A DNA stretch of 58,957 nucleotides, filler included, from Sphacelaria rigidula (taxonomy: Eukaryota): NCBI GenBank assembly GCA_964200075.2. It is 2 parts of 2 records of this genome, joined end to end, with 100 filler letters (N's around TTAATTAATTAA, not from the genome) between each part and the next. Parts side by side here need not be neighbours in the genome. Positions count along the whole stretch, not along the records: positions 1 to 29,446 come from CAXNAA020000081.1; 1 more part is not named here. One strand, 5' to 3'. A program made the translations under genes and the position numbers. Every line of letters begins with the position of its first letter. Position 1 is the stretch's first letter. Shown here piece after piece: positions 1 to 12,800 of this stretch. Below the pieces are notes generated by a model, which was given only the letters and a program-made list of their open reading frames with translations, made no database searches and had not been told where the DNA came from.

Positions 1-763
1 TCTTCAGCCTGATTGCCCAAAAGGGAGGAAAAAGCTGATCGCTGGTCCAAGGGGTATCCACGCAACTTTTACGCGATTCCACGTGTCTGGGTTGCGTGTA
101 CCTGGGTTGCAACGCTGAAAGAAAGCCTAGAGATTGATTCGTCACGAGTCGACTCATTATGCAAAAACCAAGTAATTTCCAGATGAATCATTATCTGTCC
201 GACCCTTGTAATGATTTCTAATACTTTCGGTCTAGGAAGGGGGGAACTGCAGTATAATCGAAGGAACCATCAATGCTTTTCGCTTGGATCAAGCTGGCAA
301 TAACCGACTGTCATTCGTCCTTCACAAGGGAACACGGCTAATAATTGCATGCCAATGACAACAATAATCGCTTATTCCACCGCGGGACGTAGAAAGCAAA
401 TCAAATCTATTGCGGAAATACGACCTGTACTGAAAATAAAAATAAAGGGAATCATTCAGCGTTACCTGTCTGCTATCCAACAAAAGACAGGGCGGCCCGC
501 AACAGGATAAGAGCTGAGATCAGAGTGTATACTACTGCAACTGAGCGAGGGAGGGTGGTAGAAACTTAATCGAACGCCACTTCTCTCCGTTCCATTTAGA
601 TAGCGTAGGTCTCTTTCTTGTTCCGGTAGTTTCCTCTGCAACGCGAACACGAGACAGTTGGGTCACCCATCGAGGGAACGTTCACAGGTGTGTCTTCGGG
701 GCGTTGGCCAGCTGTGAATCGATTGCGCCCAGGGGGGAGTGGTATATCGGGTAACGGACAAAT

Positions 764-889
764 ATGCAAGCCGGGGATATAGTCGCGGCAATTGACTTGG
801 GAACGAGCCGGACAGCTTACGCCTACACGGTGGTGGGCCGTGAGCATATTTGGCTTGGAGTACCGGATTCTCCAGATGATGACCGCAAT
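764..889 (+). CDS. HSPA12-like exon 1 ([21 protein letters not shown]...PDDDRN)
   Basis: HSP70 phosphate-1 loop; donor AAT|GTGAGT. Too short for the ORF track. Confidence 0.85.
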
Positions 890-3800
890 GTGAGTTCGGT
901 GTGGTCAATTTTTCTGTGAAGTGTGTCTGAATTAGAATTCCCTGAGCTGAAAACCTCACTAAAATCAAGTCGTGTGTTATTTCGCGTTGCATGCTTCATC
1001 ATGGCTCCAGTGCCCTCTTGCGTGAGAGTTCCGACACAATGGACCTATACCCACCCACCCATGTCCCCGTCACCGTTGCTTGTTTGTTAGCTACCAACAG
1101 CATATCTCATCCGGGTACAGGGTTATACAGCATGTCTTTTCATGTGTGCTTTACATGCGTGAGATTATCCCAAGAGCACCATGGGCACATATTTCCCCCT
1201 CAGAGATGAAAGCTATGTTTTCGTACTGTGCATCCTTGAAATCAGGACAGAAAGAAGGAATCACAGCGAAGTATAGTGAAGATGCAACTTCTGTTCCACC
1301 TACTCTCTCTATCTGACTGTAACGGTACGGCGCCTTGATGCGCTGGCCACTGGCCCATCTTGGACGGGATGAATGGCTACTCTTGCCAACCCCCCACACC
1401 TACATTTCCCCGCCAACTTCCGCTGTATGGGTCTCGTAGTATTCGTCCGAGAAACTCAGTGTGCTGTCTGAAGTGTGTGGACCGTAGTTGATCAGTTTCG
1501 TGTCTGGTTTTGTACCCGGACGCGGTTGTTCTTTTTATTTCACATGATGGTAAAACATAGCAGAAAAACCACCATATACAGAGAACCCTTTCCCTCTCAC
1601 CACACTTACAGATGTAACATGCCGGGGCGTGTGTCCTTGCGCAAGGTTCGAAAATTTGCCGTGGACAGGCCGTAAATATCATGCCAGTATGCTCGTCATC
1701 TTGAAATCGGAGGGGTTAAGTGCCCTATAAGGCGCGTACAACCTCTTTCTAGTGTCATCAACACCTTCGTTTGGTTCCAATGCCGGACGTGAATTCGAAG
1801 AAGCCTCCCATAATGTATAGAGTACTTCATTGGTACTACTGTATCCGGGTGAAGATATTGAGAGAACGCGCAGTCCCAATTCCCAGAACCCTCGTCACTC
1901 TCACGCTTTCCCACCTGAAAACGTGCAGGGTGTTCTCGGCTGCAGTGTTTGTACCGAATCGTACTGAACCGTACAGTAGTTACGCGCACCACCTCTTAAG
2001 ATCAACAGGCAAGAAGTAAATATCGATGCCTTGATATATTATGTATTCATTGCGGAAGGCCTATTTGGCAGCCCCAGGGGATCTCGGATATTTCGACACA
2101 ACAGACTGTAGTGATACATACAAGCTCCAACGCTTTGACTAGGGTGCACATGCGTCGCGACGACCGTTGGCTTTTTACTCAAAGGAAAACATGGCAGGTT
2201 GCAGTCGGCGAACCCCATCCAGCGAGCTATGTTTTCTCGCCTTGTTTATTCGGCCAGGCAACGCCGGCCACCTCACCTCCATTTCTCATCGCTGACGGTA
2301 CAAGGTCGTCAGACAATCTCGAGATTGAAAGTACATGGGCGTTCATTTCTTTTTTCCTTACTGGTGATTGACGTGGAGCGCGAGTGCTGCCAGATGATCG
2401 CCCATGGCACTCGCACCACCACTGCGTACATGTGCCGCCGTCGGTCGTCGTTAGAAGTCATCACACCGCATCGCTGCAGACAAGAAGACGCTTGGCCGCA
2501 GCGCTGCTCACATCACGGCCCTTGGGCTGTGAAGAGATACTAGTTCTTCGGATGTAGGTCGCCCAGGTGGTGGTGTAAAAGCGAACCGTCTCGTGTGTGC
2601 GCGCCGTCGTGTACGGTAGCGGCACGCTCATAAGAAAGAGGTTGTACGGAAATCAGGCTGAGAGGTCCTAGAATGAAGAAAGTGTAACCCTCAAGCCTCA
2701 GCAACAAGCGCTCAAACCAAGTCATTGATGCAGCAGTACGCCCTTGTATGAGATCAGGAACTCCGTCTGAGCCTGATGTTGAGTTTACAAGCGGCCCGTT
2801 GCTTTATGGTGGTGTAAAACGGTTCATGGATATATACAGTGAGGTGAAATTGTGCTGCTTTTCTGGTTTGCGGTCGCAGCGGAATTTCCAGCAGAGTAGC
2901 GACGTGATGGTGATGGGAGGTCTGATGTACTTCGTGCTTTCGAGTGCAGGTACAGGACGATAATCAGACGGCTTGTGTTGTTACATGCAGCCGACGGAGC
3001 AAGTCCAGGGTCGCGAGGGTGTATGAAACGCAGCCTGCTGTCGTTCTAATATCCTCGCTTTTCTTTGATACATGGTCGTGTCCTGATTTGTGGCCAGTCC
3101 AACAAACAAGCTTGGCCCGAGCGCTGTGACGTTCCTGCTGGATACAAATGGCAAAACAACACCGCGCAGTTGCATGCAATTTTTCAGACGTTGAACAGCT
3201 CATGAGCTACCTGAGATAACTAGTTGAAGAGAATTCTCAGATCCATCACACAAAAACACAAAACACGTAACGGCAGTGTCCGAGGAGCCAAAGCGTCACC
3301 TTTCCGCTACACGGCGTGCTTGGCGTCCATGGCTGTCGGGAGCTGATGCGGAAATAGTGGCCAAATGAGCTAGCTCATGATCCGGATCAGTACTCTAACA
3401 AGAAGTAATATCCAGGTAGTTCATGAGCTGTCCGACATGTGCAGTTTTTCATTTTTTTTTTTTAATTTGCTCCGGGTTGTACATCGAAGCTACTGTTTAA
3501 GTAGGTCGCCGTGAGGTCGAGCTGACACGAACTACAATGAAGTCGTCACTGTACTCGCTTTGTTACGTTACAAAGCACAAGGGAAACCCGATCGTATACG
3601 CATACAAACGGTATAGCTCCCGCGTGCCCCTTGGTGCGAAACGAGAGCAGCCAGCGCGTAACCCCGTTTTTCGTCATGCCGCATGTTCTCCAAAAATTGT
3701 TCCAGCTATCCCAAGCTCAAGTGATTCATGAACTGAAGCGTCATTTTCGAAACAGGTTCGTTGTGTCGTGCCGGTATGTTATGCTGTCCCTCGTATGCGG

Positions 3801-6800
3801 CAGCGAGACTCGCGCCCACCCCCATTCGCGATAGTTTCGCATTTTTACAATACATACAAGATCAGCCCTTCAGCGAGTAGGCGAACCACCTGCATCTTTC
3901 ATTGTTTGGGAGAAAATGGCGCTGATACCAAAAGATTGCCCGTCCTGGCGGTCGAAGATTTGACTCTTGTTGTGTTCTCGGTAATTGGTTCGTTCGTCTC
4001 CCATACCAAAATTATCTCAGCCGGTACTGAAATAATGTATTGCGTAGATCCTCGCAGCTGTACTTAAGTCCACACCCCAGTCCAGCCAAGAACTGGCATC
4101 TGAAAGCTCCCCCATCAACCGAAAATGAGAGAATGAGGAATCAAGTCTCTATTTATGACAGTGCCGAATATCACCCGAGGAGGTGAGAACGACGACCTGG
4201 AATCTTTTGAACATTCTGGCGGCACGCCATTCAGGCCAACTCAAATGGGAGCCATTCCAAATTACTGTCGAAACTGCATTTTTGGCCCTTCTCCATCGAT
4301 TTACGCCCGAGAAAAGGGCTGCGCGGATGTCGACGCCTTGGAATGACTTGCTCTACTCGTTGAGACTGTTCTAGGGCAACTTTGCTTTTCCCCCTGGCCG
4401 CACTGTTGTTTCTAGCCAAATCAGGTCAAACACGGATTTTCAGTGAAAAACGGTCAGGTGATGAAAATGTCCCCCTTTTTTTTCATCGCTTGACCGTTTT
4501 TTGTTGGAAATCCGTGTGAGGCCAAAAATGAAAGGGTGGCCAGCGGGAAATGCAGAGTTGCCCTGGAACGGCCTCAATGAGTAGAGCAAGTGATTCCGAG
4601 GCGTCAACATCGGCCTGGCCCTCTTTTCAGGTATAGAACGACGGAGAAGGGCCAAAAAGGCAGTTTTGAACAGGAATTCTGAACGACTTCCATTAGAGTC
4701 GGTCTAGTAGTTGAAAAGTTGCAAGGTGCGCCGTCGGAATTTTCGGTCATTATCTTGTAGCAGTGCGAGGCCTTGTGTTTAGGAAGGATACCCTGGACAA
4801 AAAATTACGAGAAAAGTGTACCGCGCACAGTGTGGAATCTGTTGTCTGTAGCAATAGACGCAACAGTCGATACTGTACGTAGTAGATCTTTTTACAGTAT
4901 ATTCGATTGTCATGATCCAGGGTGTGAAATACCCGTCACCGCCGTCTTGCGGTCAAATCGAAACGGTTGACTCAAGTTTTGACAGTACGTTCCGAGGTGA
5001 GCGTCATCTTTGTGGCCTACAGTCACAGAGGTGTTTTCACCACTTGAAGATACGAATATCATTGTCCATACTCAGGGGAAAGTTCTAATCGACCAAGTGG
5101 TGAAACACGACTGGAGCGATAACAGCGAAACGTGCATGCTAAAAACAAGCGCCGTACTCGTAGTGAGCAAGCATGGAAAGATGTTCCGAGAATCAAAGCC
5201 CATGGCTTCACCGCGTAAAAGAGGATGGACGATAAGCACCGGGTAAGAGAGGGTATATGCGGAAACGACCGAACGGGCGGGCGGAATGTCACACGCCAAC
5301 GCATCGCTTCGAAAGAGGCAGAGAGGTCAAAGTCGTTGATGCGACACTTCGACGACAGAGACGGGCAGCGTACCAACGCAAATCAGAAGAACTTGCGGAA
5401 GGTCTAGAAACATTTTTTATCCGTTATAATAGCGATTAAAGACGGTCGTGTAGCATGGCACACGAGCCTCACGTCCCCACTCACACACACGAATCGTCCA
5501 TCTGCCTCACTCGTCGATCGCGACATCCTCTCCTCCCATTTTGGGAAATATGAGAGGTCCCTTTGACGTGACCGAGGCGACACCGAGCTTGAAGGTCTCG
5601 AGACAGCCAAATGACACAGCCACGATGATCGGCTACAGATCAGGGTCGATTCATCAAAATAAACTGTAAACTTGTGCCAGGAATACCCGAGACAAAATCC
5701 TGTGCATCACGTGCAACGACTCGGCAATCTCACCCACGAGGATAGTCGAAGCAAAGCTTGGTGCGTGAAGGGAGGGCCTCACGTAGCAGTGCTGTTCGCT
5801 TGATACATGCGTACCCTCTCTTCGGGTCCATCACGGACTGTGCTGAACGTATTTGTTACTACCATGTGCAATGAATGTGGAACGTCATGACTTACACGTG
5901 CACTGTACGACGCCGTGCCATGCTTTGCTGTGCCGTCCTGTGCTGTACAGAAACCGTACACACCAGTAGTACAAAGAAATGATGTGTAATTGACGTCCAG
6001 ATTCATAGCATGATCGAGCAGTGCTGCGACCAATACTCTCCCCCGAGGACTTTCCATTTACGTACTTGACAACATCAGTGCAACACTCGTGGCTCAAACT
6101 GGGACTGGTGAAATAACCTGTTCATTGGTCCGACAGCCTCATCTCGTTCGTGTTGCCAACACGGCATTGGAAATCAGATTAGGGCCCGTTTTGACAAGGC
6201 AATAAAAATGAGGAGGTTCCGTGAGAGTGACGGTGATTCTGGCGGTTGTTTTGGGGATTTTTTGTATTCTGTCGCTTCCGATTGGTTAAGAGCTGATGGG
6301 GAGCCAATTTAGAAGGGCGAGAAGAAAAAATGTACTTCCGCTGTGCCATAAGTAAAGGTCTTGATGGGCGTTTGATCGTTTGGTGTATTTCAGCGTTGAC
6401 GATCATCCTATGGTTGAGCTCGTCAGAGAGGTACAGCGCAAACGAAGCTGACGGGGAAAAAAACACGAAGAAAATAAACTTGTTTTCATGACTGAAGTTG
6501 TGTCGAAGTATATACCCCATTTTAATCCTTTTTGATCTATTCATACTCCATCATTGTCCGATTCTGCACGTTTTCACGCCGAGCAGTAGCAATTACATGC
6601 CAACAAGCTGTTGAATGGGGCGTGCGTAGGTTGACATGACAGACATGTCCAAAATCAATGATGGTTTTGCGATTTTCACATTTCCTGGCCCATTTTTCGC
6701 GATTTTTTGTGTTTTCGGGTCTCTCGTGCTTTCCTGGGGAAACGAGCGAAAACTCGCCGTTTTTGGACCGACGTACTTTTTCCCGGCCGCGCGGCGGCAT

Positions 6801-9800
6801 GGGTCAAGTACCCACGTTGTAGAAAGAATGTTGGTTTTATCTAATTAAAACGCCGAGGAGTACAATAAAAACATCGAAGATCAAATATTAGATCATTGAG
6901 GGTCCGTGCAATCATAATGGCCTTTACTTCTTCCACAGAGGAAGTATATAACGAAAAACGCCAGAATTGTTCTCAGCGCCTCATCACTTTTTTTGTTTGA
7001 TCGAAACAGGCCGTTACGGCGGCCTTTGTGCGTGAGGGTTTGGAGTGTCAACATGAACATTCGTGGTGGCGGGAAGAAAATTCCACACGCAGTCCGTTTT
7101 TGCACTCACAAGACAGGCCGTCGCTTATACTCTTGATTTTTCGGGAGTACTCGGAATGGTCATTTCAAATATTATAGCCATTTTCATTTTTCACCCGAAC
7201 GCTGTGCTGATACAGCAGATGTCCTGGGCAAGCCAAAGGGCCCGAAGGCGCCCGCATCAAATACGTTGATATACGTTTTGTCCAAAACAGCGTCATTCAC
7301 CGTTTATTGATTGGAAACACGCATTGAGATGAGTAGTGTGGTGGGCGAGGCAGTGCGTACGTTCTCCCGCCGTGTGTGTAGGCCTCGCCCAGCGCCGGTG
7401 TCGGCAGATGTTATCCCGGGCGTGCCGTGGTGAATGCCGATCCTTCCTTTGCGTGGTTCTGCCCTCTTGTCCTCTTGTGGAACATTCGATGTGGAGTAGA
7501 TATTGCGGGTAGATATGGGGACGGCATCCTACAGTGTACATTGTGTTTGTTCTCCCGCCGCACGGTAGCTGCATGAATGGCAAGGCTGAAATAAGGAGCC
7601 GGAGGCAGCGCCGGTACGTGAGGTGAAAATATGGTAGTAGGTGGACCCACCATGTAGTGGTGTTCAGTAGAGCGACATTGGCAGTTTCTCGCCAGCCACG
7701 CCAATGTGTGCCAAGTCATGTACTTGAGCCGAGTGTTGTTGGCCCTACAGTATGCCCAGGAACGGTGGCTGTGAAGTCTGAAGGGGACTCGAGATTCTCG
7801 TTTCGGTGAAACAAGTTTGGCTAACTAGATTCCGGCTAGAGTCGCCGAGGTCCCGCCGGCCGCTTCTCTGAGTTCCTCTCAGACCTTGGACAATATCTGA
7901 TCAATAGTTGCAATATACGAAGAAATGTACTCCGTAAAGGGAAAGCCTATACCTTACTCTATACATGTTTTCGTCTATCGCAATTCTTTATTATATGTTG
8001 TTCAGGCTTGTGATCTTTTAGGTACGCGAAGACTTTCAGAGGCCCAACTCCCAAAAGCCCCGGAATATTTACACAACAGGGGTTGCAGATACCCCTTCAA
8101 AGCCAGAGTTGAAAACTAGTCCGTTCTACAACCTTTCCAAAAAAATGTGATCATTTTTGCCAGCAAGCGATCACTGCTGAGACGGCATGCTTGTGTTCTG
8201 GGGTGGCACGTGATACGGCCATTCTCAACGAGATGTTGGGGTCCCCGCAGGACCTGCTTTTTCCTGCGTGTTTTGGATGAGGCAGCAAGTGAGCGCAAAT
8301 GCCTGTCTACCTGCCTGCCCTTTGTTTTCACACGGTAGATACAGTTGCATAGCGTGCACCCCCCCTGTACAGGAGATGGGGCGGGTACCGTTCGAGAGTG
8401 GCGAAATGAAGTATGGTTCGAGTGATGGTCTCGTGCAGGAGGGGATTGATGGAATCGTAGTTCACGCTTTTGCGAGAGCCCAATATCTGTAACGTGTAGT
8501 ATGATTTAAAACAAGAACAAGGATCGTGCTGCCGAAAAGTAGCAGTGCAAAGAAAGAAGCCGCTGAAGCGAGAAAAGGAACTGATATAACATTAACCGAT
8601 ACATTATTCTGTACTAGAGTAAAAAATAAACGACATAGCTGCAGCGTCCTCTTCCCTCTCCTCTTCCGTGTGGGGTGCACACCAGGGTTGAAAAAGTTGC
8701 GTGCGGCCCTGCGCTGGCGCAGATATTTTGTAGAAATAGCGCGCAGCGCAGTTTTTGGGGAGGAGGTTCTGCGGCTTGCCGCAAAGAACAAAATTCTGTG
8801 GCCCCTTATTCGCCGAAGGCGAAAATATTTTTGGGGGTTTCTTTTCGGGCAAATTTGCCGTGTTTTTGTAAAAGAAAAGCCAAAAAAAAATCTCTTCGGG
8901 GGTCCCTGCGGGGGCCCTCCCGAGGGGCCGCATTTGGCCTGCGGTGCTGGTCTACGCAAGCGCAGAACCAGACGCCAAAACTTTTCCAACCCTGGTGCAT
9001 ACATCGAGCAGATGGATGATGACCCAGCGGAAAGTTCTGTGTTCAACGGATGGTACGTATATTCCCCGGCAAATTAGCAACATACTTCCTCCAACACATA
9101 AGTAAAGTGCGTTATGGGGCACAGATCATATCTTCTGGACGGAATGGTGTGCAATCCTATAGTTGAGTTCGCTGAAAGGATACAGTCACGGAGATGCTCA
9201 AGGAAAAAAGCATAAGAAAAATCCGAGTTGACATTGTCGAGAATGTGTGTGTCAAAGTTGACCAAATTCAGGCCGATGTCGACCGATTTGTACCGTTGTC
9301 AGCCGAATTTTGATGATTTTTGCTTATTTCCACGTGTTATCTTGCCGACAAGTGTAGGCATGCTTTCAAACCATGCGTGGGCATCATCAATCAACAATGA
9401 AGCGAGAACGAAATGCCAATGTTGCATATTTTTTGCGTCTTCGGTTGTCTTTTCCGGATTTCCACTTTGTCCCCCTTCCCCGGAAAACGGGACTAAAATC
9501 GTCTTTTTGGGGCCGACTGTTTTTTTCGTAGCCGCTGGCCCGTGCGGGAGGCCGCGCGGTCAAAGCTAGAAGCGGCGTGTTTCAACTCAAAAAACGCCAA
9601 GAACTTCAAAAATAGCATCGTTATTGGCATCGGAAACGGTCGCGGGCTCGTGTAAACATAACGCACTTTACTCTATGGGTTGGAGGAAGTATTTTGCTGT
9701 GTAGCACGCACGAAGTTCATATCTTTTACCCGCGTGTGCGTGGATGAAGGAGTAAAGGAGCAACATCACGAAGCAGCATGTGTATGCGTCACGGATGATT

Positions 9801-12800
9801 GGTTTGCGAATCCGCAGTGATAGTTAGAGTTGCAAACAGCTTCGAAATTGAACGAGGTGCCGGGCCTGACATCAGCTACATCTAGAAGCTTCGAGCTATC
9901 AACCGTTCAAGAGCGGACTCGCTCCCGAACAATCTGTAACTCACGCCATAGTAGGTGTCTTGATTCACACGTCTTTTTTTCATAAATTTCTCACCTATAG
10001 AGACACACATTTGGGGTAAAAACCACCATTTGTATTCACATCCAACAACTGTATTTTCATCACCCCCCCGTTGCCAAGGAACGGTGCTCCGTCTCAAAGG
10101 ATGTGTGTTCAATGGTCTAACCACCAAGGCAAGCAACAAGTGAGTAAGTACTCCTCCCCCTCCTTCTACCTTCCTACCCCCCACTTTTACATCAAAGTTG
10201 GTGATACCCATGGTCATAGGTTTTTTTAGTATGCGTTAGGCAATGAATCCCGCCACATCGTCGCTTCTCCCCGAAAGTTGGGAAGCAGCGTCCACTCTTT
10301 CGGCGCCAGATGGCACCGATGGACTCTGGGTGAACCCCCTGCCCCACCCCGATCCCCCACTTCTACCTCCACCTCCACCTCGAGTCGCCCAAGAAGCCAC
10401 CAGGATTGTTGAAACGCATTTCCTGCGCTCAATTTTGGACCATTTTCGATGAAATTTTGACACGATGTACAGGACGTATGTGCGAACACTTCACTTTCCA
10501 TCCCCTGTTCTTATTTTTATTTTTATTCGTGAGTTATTGGTAATTTTGTTCCGAAATAACTGTTCTGAAATGTTCCCTCGCCAGTCACTCACGGAGAACA
10601 AAAATAAATGCAGGGGATGGAAAGTGGGGTGTTCGCACATACGTCCTGTACATCGTGTCAAAATTTCATCGAAAACGATCCAAAACTGAGCGCAGGAAAT
10701 CCGTCATTCCGTCGGCAAGCGGTCACTGAAGTATATGGAGGTGGACCAGTTACGAATAATTCAAACGCATTTCCTGCTCTCAATTTTGTATCGTTTTCGA
10801 TGAAATTTTGACACGATGCACAGGACGTATGTGCGAATACCGAACCTTTCCTCCGATGTTTTTTTGTTTTTCTGCGTGAGTTATTGGCGATTTTATTCCG
10901 AAAAACCGTCCTGAAATGTTCCGTCGCCAATAACTCACGAAGAAAAAAAAAAAGGCAGGAACGAAGGGATGTCTGCACATACTTCCTGTACATCATATCA
11001 AAATTTCATCGAAAACGACTGCGTATTGAGCTCGAGAATTGTGCCACACCTTATGCGGCACTACGCGGCACAAAACTGACTATACGCGAAAATCCAGTCT
11101 CAGCCGTTTTCTCTTGGCTAATTCCACCGCACATAGTACCCTCAACTCTCAACACTTTCGCACTTGATTGCAGTTCGGTAGTTCGTTTGATGTGATCTTG
11201 TCGGATCGCAGTGCTACATGGATTTCAAGATGCACGCTGATTTGCCGATTACCACGATGTGTCATAGTGGGCACAACTCACGATACATGTTGAGTTAGAA
11301 CAAGCTGAAGGAAAGTAAGCTTCTTGGGCGGCCCAGTCTGTACTCGAAAACCGCTTTCTGTTTACCACGTCTTTTGACGGGAAAATGGCCCCGTTTAGCC
11401 CTCGAGCGCACCTGGGTATATGCCGCCGCGCCCCGGTGGGTCTAAATGATAGTAGTTGCAATAGGCCTATGCTTTACCCATAGCATTTTTTGCCTAATGC
11501 ATCTATTGACCATGTTTTGTTCAGATTGTGGAATGGTCCGACTGTGACTATTGGGGTGGAGAGGATGTGGGTTTGATTCCCGCTGTGTTCTGGATTTTTC
11601 TTCGATCTGATTTCCACCGTCGTATGCGTCAGGACGCGAGTACGTTCAAAGTAGTTGATGGAGTTTGTTTGGCGAGAGTTGACACAGTGTAGGAGTGTGC
11701 TGACACAATCCACGAGAACAAATGCCCGGCGTGTGTCGGGGAGAAAGGGGTTGATCACTTGAGACCACGGACTCGTCGTCGAGATGTGTTCAAAATGCGG
11801 CAAAAAGAAATGTACACCTGAGTCCGAGAATTCATTTTTCGAGTGAAAGTGATATCGAATCAATAGATGGGCGCTTCTCGTCGCTTAGGGGGTTGTATCA
11901 TAGCTTGTTGAGCACCAGATTCGACACACGAACCTTGTGTCGACAACTGGACATACATGGGAAGCAACTGATTTTGGTTGAATCATGGACAGTGGAATAT
12001 GTGGTGTATTGTCAGGGGGGGCGATGCTCGCAGTCGAAGGGAAGCCTCTCAGCTACGAGCACAGCGTCGCGGTTTGTGACTGTGGAGGTCAGCAGGAGAA
12101 AATGTCCCGACATGACTTCTGGCGGTCAAAGGGCTGAAGCTGTGGTTAAGCACGTTGTCTTTTATTTTTAATTTCATCATAATCAAGTTTGAGATGGTGT
12201 CAAGCACAATAGAAGAGCCCTACAGAAATGGTGTTTGGGTCCTTCGTCATTTTATGCCCAAAATAAGAGCTAGGCGGAGTTTGATACCTTGGAATGGTTT
12301 AATCTACGCGTTCAGGCGTTTCCAGGGTGTCTTCGCGTTTTCCGTTGGTCGCAGATGTTTTTTCAAGATTTGACCGTTCCTCACCGTTCTTGGACAATAA
12401 TACCTGTTGAGCCAAAATAAAAACTGCGGCCGTAGGAAAACGGAAAAGGTGTCCTGGAACCGTCTCAACAATTAGAGCCAGTCCTGGAACCGTCTGGCAA
12501 TCTTTTAGGGCGTAAAACAGCAAAAGAGCATTTTTACAGGACTTTTTTGTGTTTGCTGTAACGAGCGGCCTCAACGACACATGTGTCCTTCAATTGGAGT
12601 TTTTTGTTTTTATTTGACGGCCTTGTCGCGCTGTGGGGGCGGATGCAGATCGGATGATGCACTGCACGTGTTGTTGGCCGAGCGGTCTTATTTGAGGGCT
12701 CATTGTTTGCATGGCACCCTAGATGGTATCGCTCCAGATCGAGGAATTTTTCCTTTGTAAGGCTGCGACTCGGTGGTGTAACAGTATAACTTGCACCGTC

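Noticed and set aside
2360..2620. Possible Copia GAG-pre-integrase relic ([12 protein letters not shown]...CEQRC)
   Set aside because: Too degenerate to support; no integrase DDE, RT or LTR nearby.
8462..9077. Long overlapping ORFs of 183-194 aa on both strands
   Set aside because: They run through a hAT MITE with TIRs and a TSD, and have low-complexity K/R/F composition with no domain.
10411..11031. CRISPR-like or integron-like array
   Set aside because: The units are ~290-bp palindromes with no unique spacer series, there is no cas or integrase gene, and the context is a eukaryotic intron.
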